From assembly GCF_009914755.1 (NCBI RefSeq), contig NC_060925.1: DNA of 64,000 nucleotides; one strand, written 5' to 3'. Made by a program: the position numbers and the translations under genes. Under the pieces are notes generated by a model, which saw only the letters and a list, made by a program, of their open reading frames with translations, was not told where the DNA came from and searched no databases. Within the stretch, counting starts at the first letter, position 1. Each line of letters starts with the position of its first letter. Shown piece after piece: positions 37,130 to 49,779 of this stretch. The DNA is from the human T2T-CHM13v2.0 reference genome, Homo sapiens.

Positions 37130-37530
37130 TTAGTTGAGGTTCTCTGAGAAGCACATGCCAAGAAAGGTTACTTGTTCGAGAGATGTATTCGGGGAATGCT
37201 TATGAAGGTTAAAGGAGAGACAGCAGGAGTTGGCAGGGTGAGCTGGCAGCCTTGATGCAGATCTGTTACCTGGGAAAGCAGATCTGTTACCTGGTAAGCA
37301 AGGAGGGTTGGGCAGGAAGGTCTCAGACTGCAGCACACCCCAGGGTAGTCTTGGCCAGGCTGCTGTCATAGTTCCCAAGCCAAGAAGCCCACGGCTGGAG
37401 GCCCACATCTGGTAGGAGTGGGTGGGCACCAGCACCCCACCGTGCCTGTCATTGGCTGGGTGCTTGTCCAGGGAAGCTGTGCCTCAGTGCACATGGGGTG
37501 GAGGGTGTAGAGGGGCAGCAGCCGTGGCGG
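37130..37530 (-). mobile_element. ERVL solo LTR (LTR16C-like) with a ~21-bp tandem duplication (37257-37297)
   Basis: gaggttctctgagaagcacatgccaaga...tcagactgcagcac...tcattggctggg; gcagatctgttacctgg x2. Confidence 0.7.
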
Positions 37531-37689
37531 TCACATCGGCATCCTTGGCTGGGCCTCGTGAAGGGCAGCTGGTGGTGTATTTCCATGGCCTTTAAATGGC
37601 CTAAAGAGGCTGGGGGAGGTGGCTCCAAACTACTTCTGGGGGCACATGACTCTTCATATTGCCTCTTCCAAACACTCACTGGCAGTTAG

Positions 37690-38190
37690 TTCCTTAATCC
37701 AATTCATCTGGCACTTACTGAGAGTCTACAAGGTGTACTTTCTGTACAAACTTTAAGACAAGCAGCCTCTGCCCTCGAGGGGCCTGCTCCCTAGTGACGG
37801 TGATCACATGTGCTAATGCCATCGGAGTCATCAGAGGTGCAAGGTGAGCCTTCCAAGGGGTTGGAGGAGAGGGAGAAATGTCCACTTAGAAAAGTAGGTT
37901 GAAAGAGAGTTCAGGAAAATGGTGTATATGAGTGGGTCCCCCTGAGTGATTGGAATTTGTCAGTGGAGGGAGGGAAAGGGAATTTGACTCCAGAGGAGGT
38001 TGGTATATAGCAGAGATGAAGAGTTGGAAAGAGCCATGTTTGAGCAATAATGGGGGCTCCTTTTGGCTTGAGGGGAAGCACAAGGGCAAGCAGTAATGGA
38101 TAGATTTGGAAGAAGGGGTTGGAGCAGGCAAGGGATTTTATGCTATAACCTACAGGGAGTTTGAGTATGGATGGGCCATGATCTCTGTGG
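37690..38190 (-). mobile_element. L2 fragment
   Basis: cacttactgagagtctac...cctctgccctcgagggg... purine-rich antisense L2. Confidence 0.6.
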
Positions 38191-38753
38191 GGGCTTGAAA
38201 CATGCTTATATGATAGACCTAAAACGTTTCATGAATCTCCCAACCCTAAGTTGTCCAAAACACTGCAGCTAGGTAGCCCCAGGTATCTTTCATTCTATAA
38301 TGACAGAGTCATTCCTTTGGCTAAATAATACCCTCTTCAACCATCCCCTGTTTAATGCAACTTCTCTTTGATGAGATGACCGAGCAAGCCTGCTCAGCAA
38401 TCAGTCACACTTTAGTATAAATGGGTTTATCAGCCGTTTTCTGTTCAGGCTATTTGCTGTTAGAAGGGCCCTTAGGAATTACATAGTACCATCCCTCTCC
38501 TTGTTCACAGACGAGGCTACTAAGAGCCAGAGAGCAGAAGTGATTCTCCAAGATTATGCAGCCAGCTGGTGCAGAGCATACCCTCAAACCAAGATTCCAT
38601 AATTGAGAACACAGAGTCTGTGAGCAGGAGGTGGGGAAAGTTTATAGCAGGCATCAGAGGCAGAGGAAGGGGCAGGAGGGAGGGTGGGGTGAAGCAGGAA
38701 TCTGTGGGAAGAGGGTGGGGAGGTCAAGAGCAGAAGAAAAGTCCTGTAGTTGA

Positions 38754-39054
<301 letters not shown>

Positions 39055-39139
39055 TGGCAGCAATTCTTGTTCTTGAGGTTTTCCATATTGTTCGATTTTA
39101 TTCCGTGTTTGTCTCTGCAGCTGAGTCCTGTAGTTGAAA

Positions 39140-39360
39140 AAGCACTGGTGCCTGGGATTGAGACCTGGGTTCTCTGGTTCTGTCACTAATTCTCCTTGCA
39201 ACTAGCAAGTCACCTCCCTTCTCTGGGCTTGTTTACACAGCTATAATTGGAGATAATAAAAATGTTCACCTAGACTCATGGTGAAGATAAAGGGAATTAA
39301 AGATGTGAAAGTTTGCTTTAACCAAAAAAAAAACTCTATAGATATATGGTGTTATGTGCA
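39140..39360 (+). mobile_element. MIR fragment
   Basis: gagacctgggttc...tctgtcactaa...gcaagtcacc...tctctgggc. Confidence 0.65.
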
Positions 39361-40238
39361 TATTATTAATAGGGGTAGGCTAGGGTTATGATGATGAATA
39401 AATAAGTCACTCCATGTGACATGCTTAGCAAGGGATAAAGTGCTCAAAAATTAGTTATTATTTTTCTTTTTTATAATTTGACCAAGAGCCAATTTATCCA
39501 GAGACACTTTTGGAATGGGTTTAGGTGTAAATCATTTTCCTTAAGAAATCTGAACCCGAGCTGCTGTCCAGAGGCCAGAGTGCCGGGGCTGAGCTCTCAC
39601 TCCTGCCCTAGCCCCTGCTCAGTTCAGGGGTCTCGTGGAGGGCGGCTGCAGCTTAATGTTTCATACTGTCTCTGCTACTCCACCTCTGTGAGATAGCCAC
39701 TCTTACTATTTCTGTTCTACAAAACATCTCAGAGAGGGGACACACCTTGTCCAAGGTCACAGAGCCGGCCTTAGTTGTGGCCCAGAGCAACCTGGAGTGG
39801 AAGCTGCCAGATTTAATACCACCTCTGTGGAGTGTGAGCAATGGCCCGAGGTCATTGTGTGTAGGGGCCTAGCACTATGGTGGCAGAGGCAGGGGTGTGG
39901 CAAGCAGTCCTCTACTCTTGCTACCTTCAAAGGACTCATGTTTTTAAGGAGATGGATGTGTTAACATTTAACTGTGGCAATAAAGTCATCTTTAGAGTCA
40001 TTTAAATTCCAATTCAATCCCATCTCCAAAATTTACTAGTTGTGTGACTTGAATAATTTAATAACAATAATAATCATAAAAAGCTTCCACTGTTTCATAC
40101 TTGTCACTAACACCATTCTAAGTGCTATATATTACAGCAGCTCTAATTTTTTTCTGGTAATTTGGCAAGAGAGGTATTATTATTTTCATCTTGCAGAAGG
40201 AGCTGAAGCTTAGAGAGCTTACAGTGAATTTCTCTAAG

Positions 40239-40934
40239 TGTATCAGTCAGGGTCCAGTCAGAAGATAGAAAATGCACACTCATTTGAGTAGGGAAAGTTT
40301 AATATAAAGAGCTGCTAACTAGCAACAAGGAAGATTAACTACTGAGGGGTAAGGGTTACTTGAAATAATGCAGGAATAGAGGATTTAGGGAGCAGTACTA
40401 CCTCTAGGGCTAAGGCAGGGTACCCAAGGAAGGAACACATCTGGAAGATAACACCCTCTCCTCAAGGCTGGGATTCAGACCTCATTGGATGGGTGTGGCT
40501 ATAGCCCACTGGAGGATGGAGAGGTTTGCTGAAGTGCCACAGTGGGAAACCAGCCTCTGGGGTGCTGACAAAACTCTCCAGGGATTTGTCTTCTGGGGGT
40601 GTGACAAGACTTCCTGGGGAGCCACTCATGGAAGTGCTGCTGAAATTTGCTGGGAAGCTGCCCTCTGGGATGCCGGTGAAACGTGCTAAGCTATGAGCAT
40701 AACTGGATGTCCTTTACAAGCTGGTTGCTATTGACAAGGAGCAAGAAGGCAAGCGTGTGGAACCAGGAAGAAAAGTCCCCTTGTAGTTTGCCTGTAGTGC
40801 CCTCTACTGACAAAGCTTAATATAATACCAGCCGGTGAAGGAGAAATGTTCATAGGGTCCAGCTCCAGCCTCACAAAACTGGGCAATGAAGAATGAATGT
40901 GGCACTGAGAGGCGATACACTGATAACTGGCACA
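40239..40934 (-). mobile_element. ERVL solo LTR (LTR41-like), inserted in a MIR
   Basis: tgtatcagtcagggtccagtcag...tttaatataaaga...gccctctactgacaaagcttaa...gataactggcaca. Confidence 0.8.
40795..40810 (-). promoter_or_regulatory. Candidate CTCF motif
   Basis: Reverse strand reads TCAGTAGAGGGCACTA, close to the CTCF core CCASYAGRKGGCRSY; motif match only. Confidence 0.55.
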
Positions 40935-41008
40935 GTAAATATTAGAACCTATGAAAACCCAGGCTTATCTGACACAAAAGCCCAAATTCTTTCTACTATA
41001 ACACTGCC

Positions 41009-41361
41009 TGATATGGTTTGGCTGTGACCTCACCCAAATCTCATCTTGAATCTCAATCTCCATAATCCCCACGTGTCAAGGGCGGGACCAGATGGAGGTA
41101 ATTGGATCATGGGGTGGTTCCCCCATGCTGCTCTTGTGATGGTGAGTGAGTCTCATGAGATCTAATGGTTTTATAAGCATCTGGCATTTCCCCTGCCACC
41201 CTGTGAAGATGGTGTTGCTTCTTATTTGCCTTCTACCATGATTGTGAGTTTCCTGAGGTCTCCCCAGCAATGTGGAACCGTGAGTCAATTAAACCTCTTT
41301 CCTTTATAAATTACTCAGTCTTGGGTATTTCTTCACAACAGTGTGAGAACAGACTAGCACA
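41009..41361 (+). mobile_element. THE1C/D-like solo LTR
   Basis: tgatatggtttggctg...ctggcatttcccctgc...gactagcaca; perfect TSD CTGCC (41004-41008 / 41362-41366). Confidence 0.95.
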
Positions 41362-42249
41362 CTGCCTTTTTTTTTTCAGTGTCTATGATTTTATTGGAAC
41401 ATGGCCATGTTTGTTTACATATAGTCCTTGTCTGCTTTCACACTTCTACTGAAGAGATGTGTACTTGTGCCTGAGACCTTATGTCAGAGTGCTTACATTC
41501 TGCTCAGCACCCTACAAATCTCAGTGATGGAGTTATAATGCCACAATGTTTTGAGGGCTGTGTGTATCTCTTTACTTCAACATTTTATTTAGTTTAACTG
41601 CCAGTTCATATCCAGAACACTGACTTTTTTGACCTTTAGTCTTCCCATCTCTAAACTGGCAACAATAATACTTAACTCATAGGAGGCTGTATGCATCAAA
41701 TGAGATGACATAAGTGTAGGTTTGGGATACGAGAGAAGTTCATTGAGAGTGGCTTACTGGCCTGCCTTTTTAATAGAACTCTGTAAGAGATTTGAGGCAT
41801 AATCAAGCCCATTTTTCTAATTTCATAGGAGACAAAACTGAGGTACAGATAGACATGATTTAGCTCAGGTCTCAACACCTACCAATGGTTTTGAGGACAA
41901 TAATTAGAATCTGGGCCACCTGACATTTATTTCATTTCTTTTCTTAGTCAAACTCTGCAGCTTCAAATTTGAAATCTTAGTTAGCATTGAAGTAGGGAGA
42001 GGGTATAGCTCCATGTGAAATTATTTAACAGTGGCTGGCCTTACACTGAGGCCAATACCAAGACTTAAAAAAAATTTACAAGGAGAAAAGGCTATTTTGG
42101 CCAGTCCGAAATTTTTTCTTAAAGATCAAGTTAGAGTTTTTATTTTATTACCAAATTCACAACATGTGACAAGTCAAGTTCATTAACAATAATAACATTT
42201 TGACATAGAGAGGAATATAAATAAATATTCCATTACCATAAGAGCGTCC

Positions 42250-43155
42250 TCTTGGACTTCTCATTTCCATCCCCAATTTCCTCCTGTAATTGCGTGGAGA
42301 CCTGGTAACAATATTCCAGCCTGAGTCATCTGGGAAGGCTACAGTCTCTTTCTCAATTTTTCAAGAGTTTCCACTTGTGGGTTTCTCTTCCAATCTACAT
42401 ATTCTCTTTGGGGGATTGCAAACGTAAGTCTGGTTTTAGCTGTGTCCTCCAAATAATAATTGCCAAACCACTGTCTTTGGGTCAGACCTCTCTGACCACC
42501 TTCAGACTTCCCTTTCTAATGCCATCCGGGCATGTCCACATACATTTCTCCAGGCACCTTAACCTAGTAGTCCCTCCCATAATGAGCTCAGCATTTGCTT
42601 CCAGATCTGCTGCTCCTGCCTTTTGTCACTTCTTCCTGCACTTTGAGTTTTGATTCTAGATTCTTATCATGGACCACAGGCCCTGCCTAAGTTGGTCTCT
42701 GCTACTCTCTCTCATTCATATTGTGCCACTCTTCCTTTTATTCATTTTCTTACTTTTTCATTTACATCTTCAAAAGCCTTTCCTGCCCCAAGGTCTTCAA
42801 ACAAGATGATTTTTTATTTGTTTGTTTTTGTCTGATATACTTGTCCTCTGACTTTTTGTCTGGTAAATTTCTTCTCATTCATTAGGCCTTTGTTTAAATT
42901 TAATGTCTTCAGAGAGACTTTCTCTAACTGCTCCTGCCCGGTTGTAAATTAGAACTTTCTTATTATTCTCCTTCATGCCACTTGTCCTAATTTGTAAGTG
43001 TGTGTTTATCTAAGTGTCTATTTGATCAATGATCTTCACCACCACACTTCAGAAGACAGGGTTCCTGGCCAGTTTTGCTCACCAATAAATCCCTAATACC
43101 TGCGCAGTATGCTTGACATATAGAGGACCCTCAGTAAATATTCATTAAATAAATG
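42250..43155 (+). mobile_element. L2 fragments
   Basis: cagacctctctga...caggcaccttaacc...; 3' end ccctcagtaaatattcattaaataaatgaa. Confidence 0.7.
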
Positions 43156-43199
43156 AAGAAGTAATTTGTTGTCATATGCGACTCTGCTTTTCTCTTCAT

Positions 43200-44195
43200 T
43201 TTTCAAATAAAAATGACTGGCAACTTCTTTTAACATTACCTCCTAAATATTTCTCAAGCTACTCCTTTTCTCTCCATCTTCATTGCCAATTCCAGGGTTT
43301 AGGCCTCCTTATTTTCTCACTGGTGCTATCAGAGCACATTTTTAATTGGTCAGTGCATTGCAATTCTTGCTCCTCTCCACAGCTACCAAAATATCTTTTT
43401 AGAATAAAAATCTACTTATATCACTTTGCTGTTTAAAAAACTCTCAGTTGCTACTCATTACCTCTTGAAATGTGGCCAAGATCTTCTGTAAGGCCTTTCT
43501 GGCCTTCAAAAATTGGTCTTGCTTTACCTTTCTCCACCTTCATTTCCCTTTACTCTTTGCTAGAATGTAAGCTCCACGAGTACAAGAGTATTGTCTGTTT
43601 TCTTCACTGCTGTATCCACATTGCTTATGTGTCAGTGAGCTATTGCTGTATCACAAACTATCCCCAAATACTTAGTGGCTTAAAACAACAATCATTGATG
43701 ATTTCTGATGAACCTCTAAATAAGCATGATCTGTTAATCTGGGCCAGACTCGACTGAGTTTGGCTGGGCTAGCTCATGTCTCTACCATGTATCACATCAG
43801 TTGGAAGGTTGGCTAGGTGCTGGCTGGCTTAGGATAACTGTGATGGGAAGACTCAACTTGCTGCATGTGGCTTCTCATCCCCCAATAAGTTATCCCAGAC
43901 TGCCTGGTGTGTGTATGTGAGGGTCAGGAGGGTAGCAAGGTGTCCAAGAGAGGAAGTGGAAATGTGTACGTGTTTTCTCAAGCTTCTACTTGTGTCAAGT
44001 TTGCTACTGTCTCACTGGACAGGGTAAGTGACATGGCCAAGCCCAGAGCCAGAATGGAAGAGACTGCAAAGTTACCAAGCCATGGGCAGATATAGGAAAT
44101 CTATTCTTTGGGGCCACTAATGCAATCAGTCAGCTACAGCCTAGAACAATGCCTGGCACAGCGTGGTGTGAAATACATACTTTTTGAATGAATAT
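43200..44195 (+). mobile_element. L2 fragment and 3' end, split by an MLT1 LTR
   Basis: ctagaatgtaagctccacgag...ttcactgctgtatcc | gcctagaacaatgcctggcaca...ttgaatgaat. Confidence 0.75.
43628..44138 (-). mobile_element. MLT1F/G/H-like LTR
   Basis: tgtgtcagtgagctattgctg...cttagtggcttaaaacaacaatcatt...acatggccaagcccaga...ctaca; TSD gctta / gccta. Confidence 0.85.
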
Positions 44196-44268
44196 GTGAT
44201 ACTTTCTGTACATCTTGAATGAGCACAGTCTTTTCCATAGTCAAACCAGAATACAGGCTGACTCCTAA

Positions 44269-44444
44269 CCTGTGGTTCTCAATCTGAAGGTCATGATTAG
44301 ACCTTGGATGTTCATGAACACCCTGAAGTTGTAGGTAAAATTTTGTGTGCTTGCACCTATATGTGTTTCTTTGGAAGATAGTATTTATATCTCTCACCAG
44401 ATTCTCAAAGAGCCTCTGCCTACCCCAAGAGTTAACAATCACTT
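44269..44444. mobile_element. MER103C-like hAT MITE
   Basis: gtggttctcaa...catgaacaccctgaagttgta...aaattttgtgtg...cagattctcaaag...gttaacaatcact. Confidence 0.75.
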
Positions 44445-44559
44445 TTAAAACCAAATAAACTTTTATGAATTTCTGCTTTTGTATATGGTGTTTCCTTTGT
44501 TGATAGGTCCTTTCCTTTTCCAAAAGTGACATGCTCCTTTTCATCCATCAATGATGAAT

Positions 44560-45290
44560 GAAGTTGGTTATTTTTTTGTCTGACCATATAAAACAGGAAA
44601 AGACGTCCTCATGCCCAAAACGTGTTACTGAAGATGAATAAACTTAAAATGAGGACAATGGTTTCATAGAGAATCATAAAAAGGCCAAGATTTGGTGGGA
44701 AATTATTTAGAAAATGGAACAAAAAATTGTCATGTTTATTTAATAAAATTGAGTTGCGTTGCAATTATATGTGAATGCTTATGATGAACCAAGAATGAAT
44801 CAATTGTTTGTTTCTTCAGTGTAGTTATCCTGATAACATTGTATGCTAGCAAAAATGCATTCTTTACCTTTGACCTTTGCAGCGTGGTCAACAACAGAGT
44901 AATTTTGTAAATATAATAAAAGTCTTATTAATTTTTCCTTTAGCTTTGTTTATATCAGAAATATTTTCCTTTGAAGCACCTATCATGCCATTATCCTTTT
45001 TGATTTTCTTCAATGGCTAATGTGTCTAATTCTGCCATCTGTGATCTGCCAAATGTGTCTAACTCTGCCAGATTATCACTTATTGGTGATTTTGCTTGTG
45101 ATTTATGCAGTTCTTCCCTGTTACTTTCCTTGACTTCATGACATCCTGCATCTTTGGTAAATTGCAGTATTATTTTGTGGACCATTTGCATTTTATATTC
45201 CTTATATTATAGAAGTGGTACATTTGGCTATGAAGGAGACTTCCACCATCCCAGACACTTCTTTGTGGGTCATAATCATCAGTGTCAAAC
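44560..45290 (-). mobile_element. Degraded Tigger/pogo-type transposase remnant
   Basis: Minus-strand peptide TKDAGCHEVKESNREELHKSQAKSPISDNLAELD resembles the Tigger C-terminal GFEEVxExDVEELLxSHxxxLTNEDLxEL pattern; AT-rich flanks. Confidence 0.5.
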
Positions 45291-45293
45291 AGC

Positions 45294-45297
45294 GTGT

Positions 45298-45339
<42 letters not shown>
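45294..45339. repeat. (TG)n microsatellite (18 perfect units at 45303-45338), followed by a G-run
   Basis: Counted directly from the sequence. Confidence 0.97.
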
Positions 45340-45340
<1 letters not shown>

Positions 45341-45782
45341 GTTGGCGGGGGGGGGTGGGTAGTACTCTTTGAATGGGGATTAATTTTTATAAATGGTAGG
45401 TGATATGGTTTGGCTCTGTGTCTCCACCCAAATCTCAACTTGAATTGGACTCCTATAATTCCCACATGTTGTGAGAGGGACCCAGAGGGAGATAATTTGA
45501 ATCATGGGGGTGGTTTCCCCCATACTGTTCTCATGGTAGTGAGTAAGTTTCATGAGATCTGATGGTTTTATCAGGGGTTTCAACTTTTGCGTCTTCCTCA
45601 TTTTCTCTTGCTGCCACCATGTAAGAAGTGCCTTTTGCCTCCCACTGTGATTCTGGGGCCTCCCCAGCCATGTGGAACTGTAAGTCCAATTAAACCTCTT
45701 TTTCTTCCCAGTCTCAGGTATGTCTTTATCAGCAGCATGAAAATGGACTAATACAGTAAATTGGTACCAGTAGAGTGGGGCG

Positions 45783-47144
45783 TTGCTGAAAAGATACCTG
45801 AAAATGTGGAATCAACTTTGGAACTGGGTAACAGGCAGAGATTGGGATAGTTTGAAGGGCTCAGAAGAAGACAGGAAAATGTGGGAAAGTTTGGAACTTC
45901 CTAGAGACTTGTTGAATGGCTTTGCCCAAAATGCTGATAGCAATATGGACAATAAAATCCAGGCTGAGGTGGTCTCAGATGGAGATGAGGAACTTGTTGG
46001 GAACTGGAGCAAAGGTGACTATTGTTATGTTTTAGCAAAGAGATTGGTGGCATTTTGCCCCTGCCCTAGAGATTTGTGGAAATTTGAACTTGAGAGAGAT
46101 GATTTAAGGTATCTGGAAGAAGGATTTCCTAAGCAGCAAAGCATTTGAGATGTGACTTTGGTGCTGTTAAAGGCATTCAGTTTTATAAGGGAAGCAGATC
46201 ATAAAAATTTGGAAAATTTGCAGCCTGACTATGCAATAGAAAAGAAAAACCCATTTTCTGGGGAGAAATTCAAGCCTATTGCAGAAATTTGCCTAAGTAG
46301 CAAGGAGCCTAATGTTAATCCCCAAGACCATCGGGGAAATGTCTACAGGCCATGTCAGGGAACTTCATGGCTGCCCCTCCCATCACAAGCCTGCAGGCCC
46401 AGGAGTAAAAAGTGGTTTCATGGGCCAGGCCCAGGGTTCCTGTGCCGTGTGCAGCACAGGGACTTGGTGCCCTGTGTCCCAGCTGCTCCAGCTATGGCTG
46501 AAAGGGGCCAAGGTAGAGGTTGGGCTGTGGCTTCAGAGGGTGCAAGACCCAAGCCTTGGCAGCTTCCACGTGATGTTGAGCCTGTGGGTGCACAGAAGTC
46601 AAGAACTGAGGTTTGGGAACCTCTGCCTAGATTTCAGAAGATGTATGGAAACGCCTGGATGCCCAGGCAAAAGTTTGCTGCAGGTGTGGGACCCTCATGG
46701 AGAACCTCTGCTAGGGCAGTGCAGAAGGAAAATGTGGGGTCAGAGCCCCACCACAGAGTCCCTACTGGGGCACCACCTAGTGGAGCTGTGAGAAGGGGGC
46801 CACTGTCCTCCAGACCCCAGAATGATAGATCCACTGACAGCTTGCACCATTCACCTGGAAAAGCCACAGACACTCAACGCCAGCCCATGAAAGCAGCCAG
46901 GAGGGAGGCTGTACCCTGCAAAGCCACAGGGGTGGAACTGCCCAAGACTATGGGAACCTACCTCTTGCATCAGCATGACCTGGATGTGAGACCTGGTGTC
47001 AAAGGAGATCATTTTGAAGCTTTAAAATTTGACTGCCTCACTGGATTTCAGACTTGCATGGGCCCTGTACCACTTTGTTTTGGCCAATTTCTCCCATTTG
47101 GGAGGGCTATATTTACCCAGTACTTGTACCCCCATTGTATCTAG
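45783..47144 (+). pseudogene. THE1 internal ORF relic (MaLR ORF) with one in-frame stop
   Basis: ORFs 45783-46148 and 46152-47144 are in the same frame, separated by TGA at 46146-46148; total 1362 bp. Confidence 0.8.
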
Positions 47145-47233
47145 GAAGTAACTAGCTTGCTTTTGATTTTACAGGCTCACAGGTGGAAGGGACTTGCCTT
47201 GTCTCAGATGAGACTTTGCACTGTGGACTTTTG

Positions 47234-47530
<297 letters not shown>

Positions 47531-48364
47531 GGACTGTGGACTTTTGGGTTAGTGCTAAAATGAGTTAAGACTCTGAGGGACTGTTGGGAAGGCATGACTG
47601 GTTTTGAAATGTGAGGACATGAGATTTGGAGGAGCCAGGGGTGGGATGATATGGTTTGGCTGTGTCCCCACCCAAATCTCATCTTGAATTGTACTCCCAT
47701 AATTCCCATGGGTTGTGGGAGGGACCTGGTGGGAGATAATTTGAATCATAGAGGTGGTTTCCCCCATACTGTTCTCATGGTAGTGAATAAGTCTCACGAG
47801 ACTGGATGGTTTTATCAGGGGTTTCCGCTTTTGCATCTTCCTCATTTTCTCTTGCTGCCACCAGGTTAGAAGTGCTTTTCACCTCCTGCCATAATTCTGA
47901 GGCCTCCCCAGCCATGTGGAACTGTAAGTCCAATTAAACCTCTTTTTCTTCCCAGTCTCGGGTATGTCTTTATCAGCAGCATGAAAACAGACTAATACAG
48001 TAGGTACATTAGTGAATGTTTTCATGACTTTGCTTCCTACCTGACCTCCTAATGGTGGAAACTCTGATGATAAACACTCAGGCACTGAAGATGTCCTGTA
48101 GAAGTCTGCTTCTCAGAGCTTGCCCCTCCCCATATTTATTCCCCAACATTCCTTACACTGGAATCCTTATGAACTGTCTTTGTTTTCTGAATCTAATAAA
48201 TGTCCCCCATGCTAAAGGTTGCCCAGGAATGCTGGCCTTCCAGTGGGGCCCAAGCCATCCTTTCTGGGCATGGTCTTGTGAGACAAAGAACACGTTTTCT
48301 CTTTTGGTACCTTGCATTTTCCAGGTCATGCCTTACACAGACCTGTAGAATATTGGAAACAGGA

Positions 48365-48950
48365 TGGACAACATTTATTAAGGGTCTATTCTGTGCCAGG
48401 AATTTTTTCATATGTCCTGACATTTGACCTTCAGAGTTTTCCAATGAGGTCACTGTTTTTTTCATCCCCATTTTAGACATGGGTGTATTAGTCCATTATC
48501 ACGCTACTATAAAAACTGCCCAAGACTGGGTAATTTATAAGGGAAAGAGGTTTAATTGAATCACAGTTCTGCAGGGCTGCAGAGGCCTCAGGAAACTTAC
48601 AGTCATGGCAGAAGGGGAAGCAAACACATCCATCTTCACATGATGACAGGAAGGAGAAGTGCTGAGAAAAAAGGTGGGAAAAGCCCCATTATAAAACCAT
48701 CAGATCTCATGAGAACTCACTATCACGAGAACAGCTTGGAGGTAACTGCCCCATGATTCAATTACCACCCACTGGGTCCCTCCCATGACACGTGGGGATT
48801 ATAAGAACTATAATTCAAGGTGAGATTTGGGTGGGGACACAGCCAAACCATATCAATGGAGCTCAGAGAAAGTAAGTGACCTTTATCAGGTCACACACCA
48901 AGGAGTGGAGCTGGGGTAAAGACTGTTGTCCTTTCCTAACTCCAGGCTCT
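48365..48950 (-). mobile_element. MIR split by a THE1C LTR
   Basis: acatttattaagggtctattctgtgccagg...ccccattttagacat | gctcagagaaagtaagtgac...ggtcacac. Confidence 0.8.
48484..48855 (-). mobile_element. THE1C-like solo LTR
   Basis: tgtattagtcc...ctgggtccctcccatgacacgtgggg...cagccaaaccatatca; TSD atggg / atgga. Confidence 0.95.
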
Positions 48951-49779
48951 TTCCCTCAATTCACAAATGAGAAGACTTGGGCTTAGGAAAGGACTTGCCT
49001 GAGGCATATCACTAGGTTAGTGGAGGGACTAAAACTAGACCACATGCTCTCTAGCTCCCTGTTTATCTTATTCCACTCTGCTTTTCTTCTTAGACTTATT
49101 ATTGTATAGCTATTGTTTCAGAAGAAGAAAACTAATTTCACATGAAATTATTTAAAAACATCCACATGCTTACATAGTTGCATAACCAAAATGTTCCATT
49201 TTATTTACAAGTTTTTTTAAGCTTTTAAAGACTTCCAATGATACATTTATTTCATTACTGAATTGGCAACATACGATAACTCAAAATTCATCTGATTCAT
49301 CAAACTTTCAACACTCTTTGACACAGGGAATATATTGTACTGGGATTTCATTGTCCTAAAACAGCCACAAAAATTGATATGTGATCAAAGAGAAGTAACT
49401 GTCTAGAAGCCAGGTTTTCTGATTCCAAGTCTAGTGCCCTGCCCAAACTCATATTATTTATTAAAGAATGTTATTTTTTTTACTGATTAATATGAGAGCT
49501 ATAATTAGATAGTACTTGCTATGTGCCTGGCACTTTTAACTTTACTTTGCATGTATTAAATCATCTAATCCTTAGAATACCTACCATACAGTAGATATTA
49601 CCATTTCTGTTTTATAAACAGAGGCATTCACAAGGGAATATTTTGATAATATTAAACATTCACATATATTTTCCAGTTTTTGTAAAGGTTTATTTTCTAC
49701 TTTTAACCCTGGAATTACTACTCCCTCTGCATTCCCTTCATGTTCCAAGATGTTGTTATGCTAGGGTTTGATAATGTGT

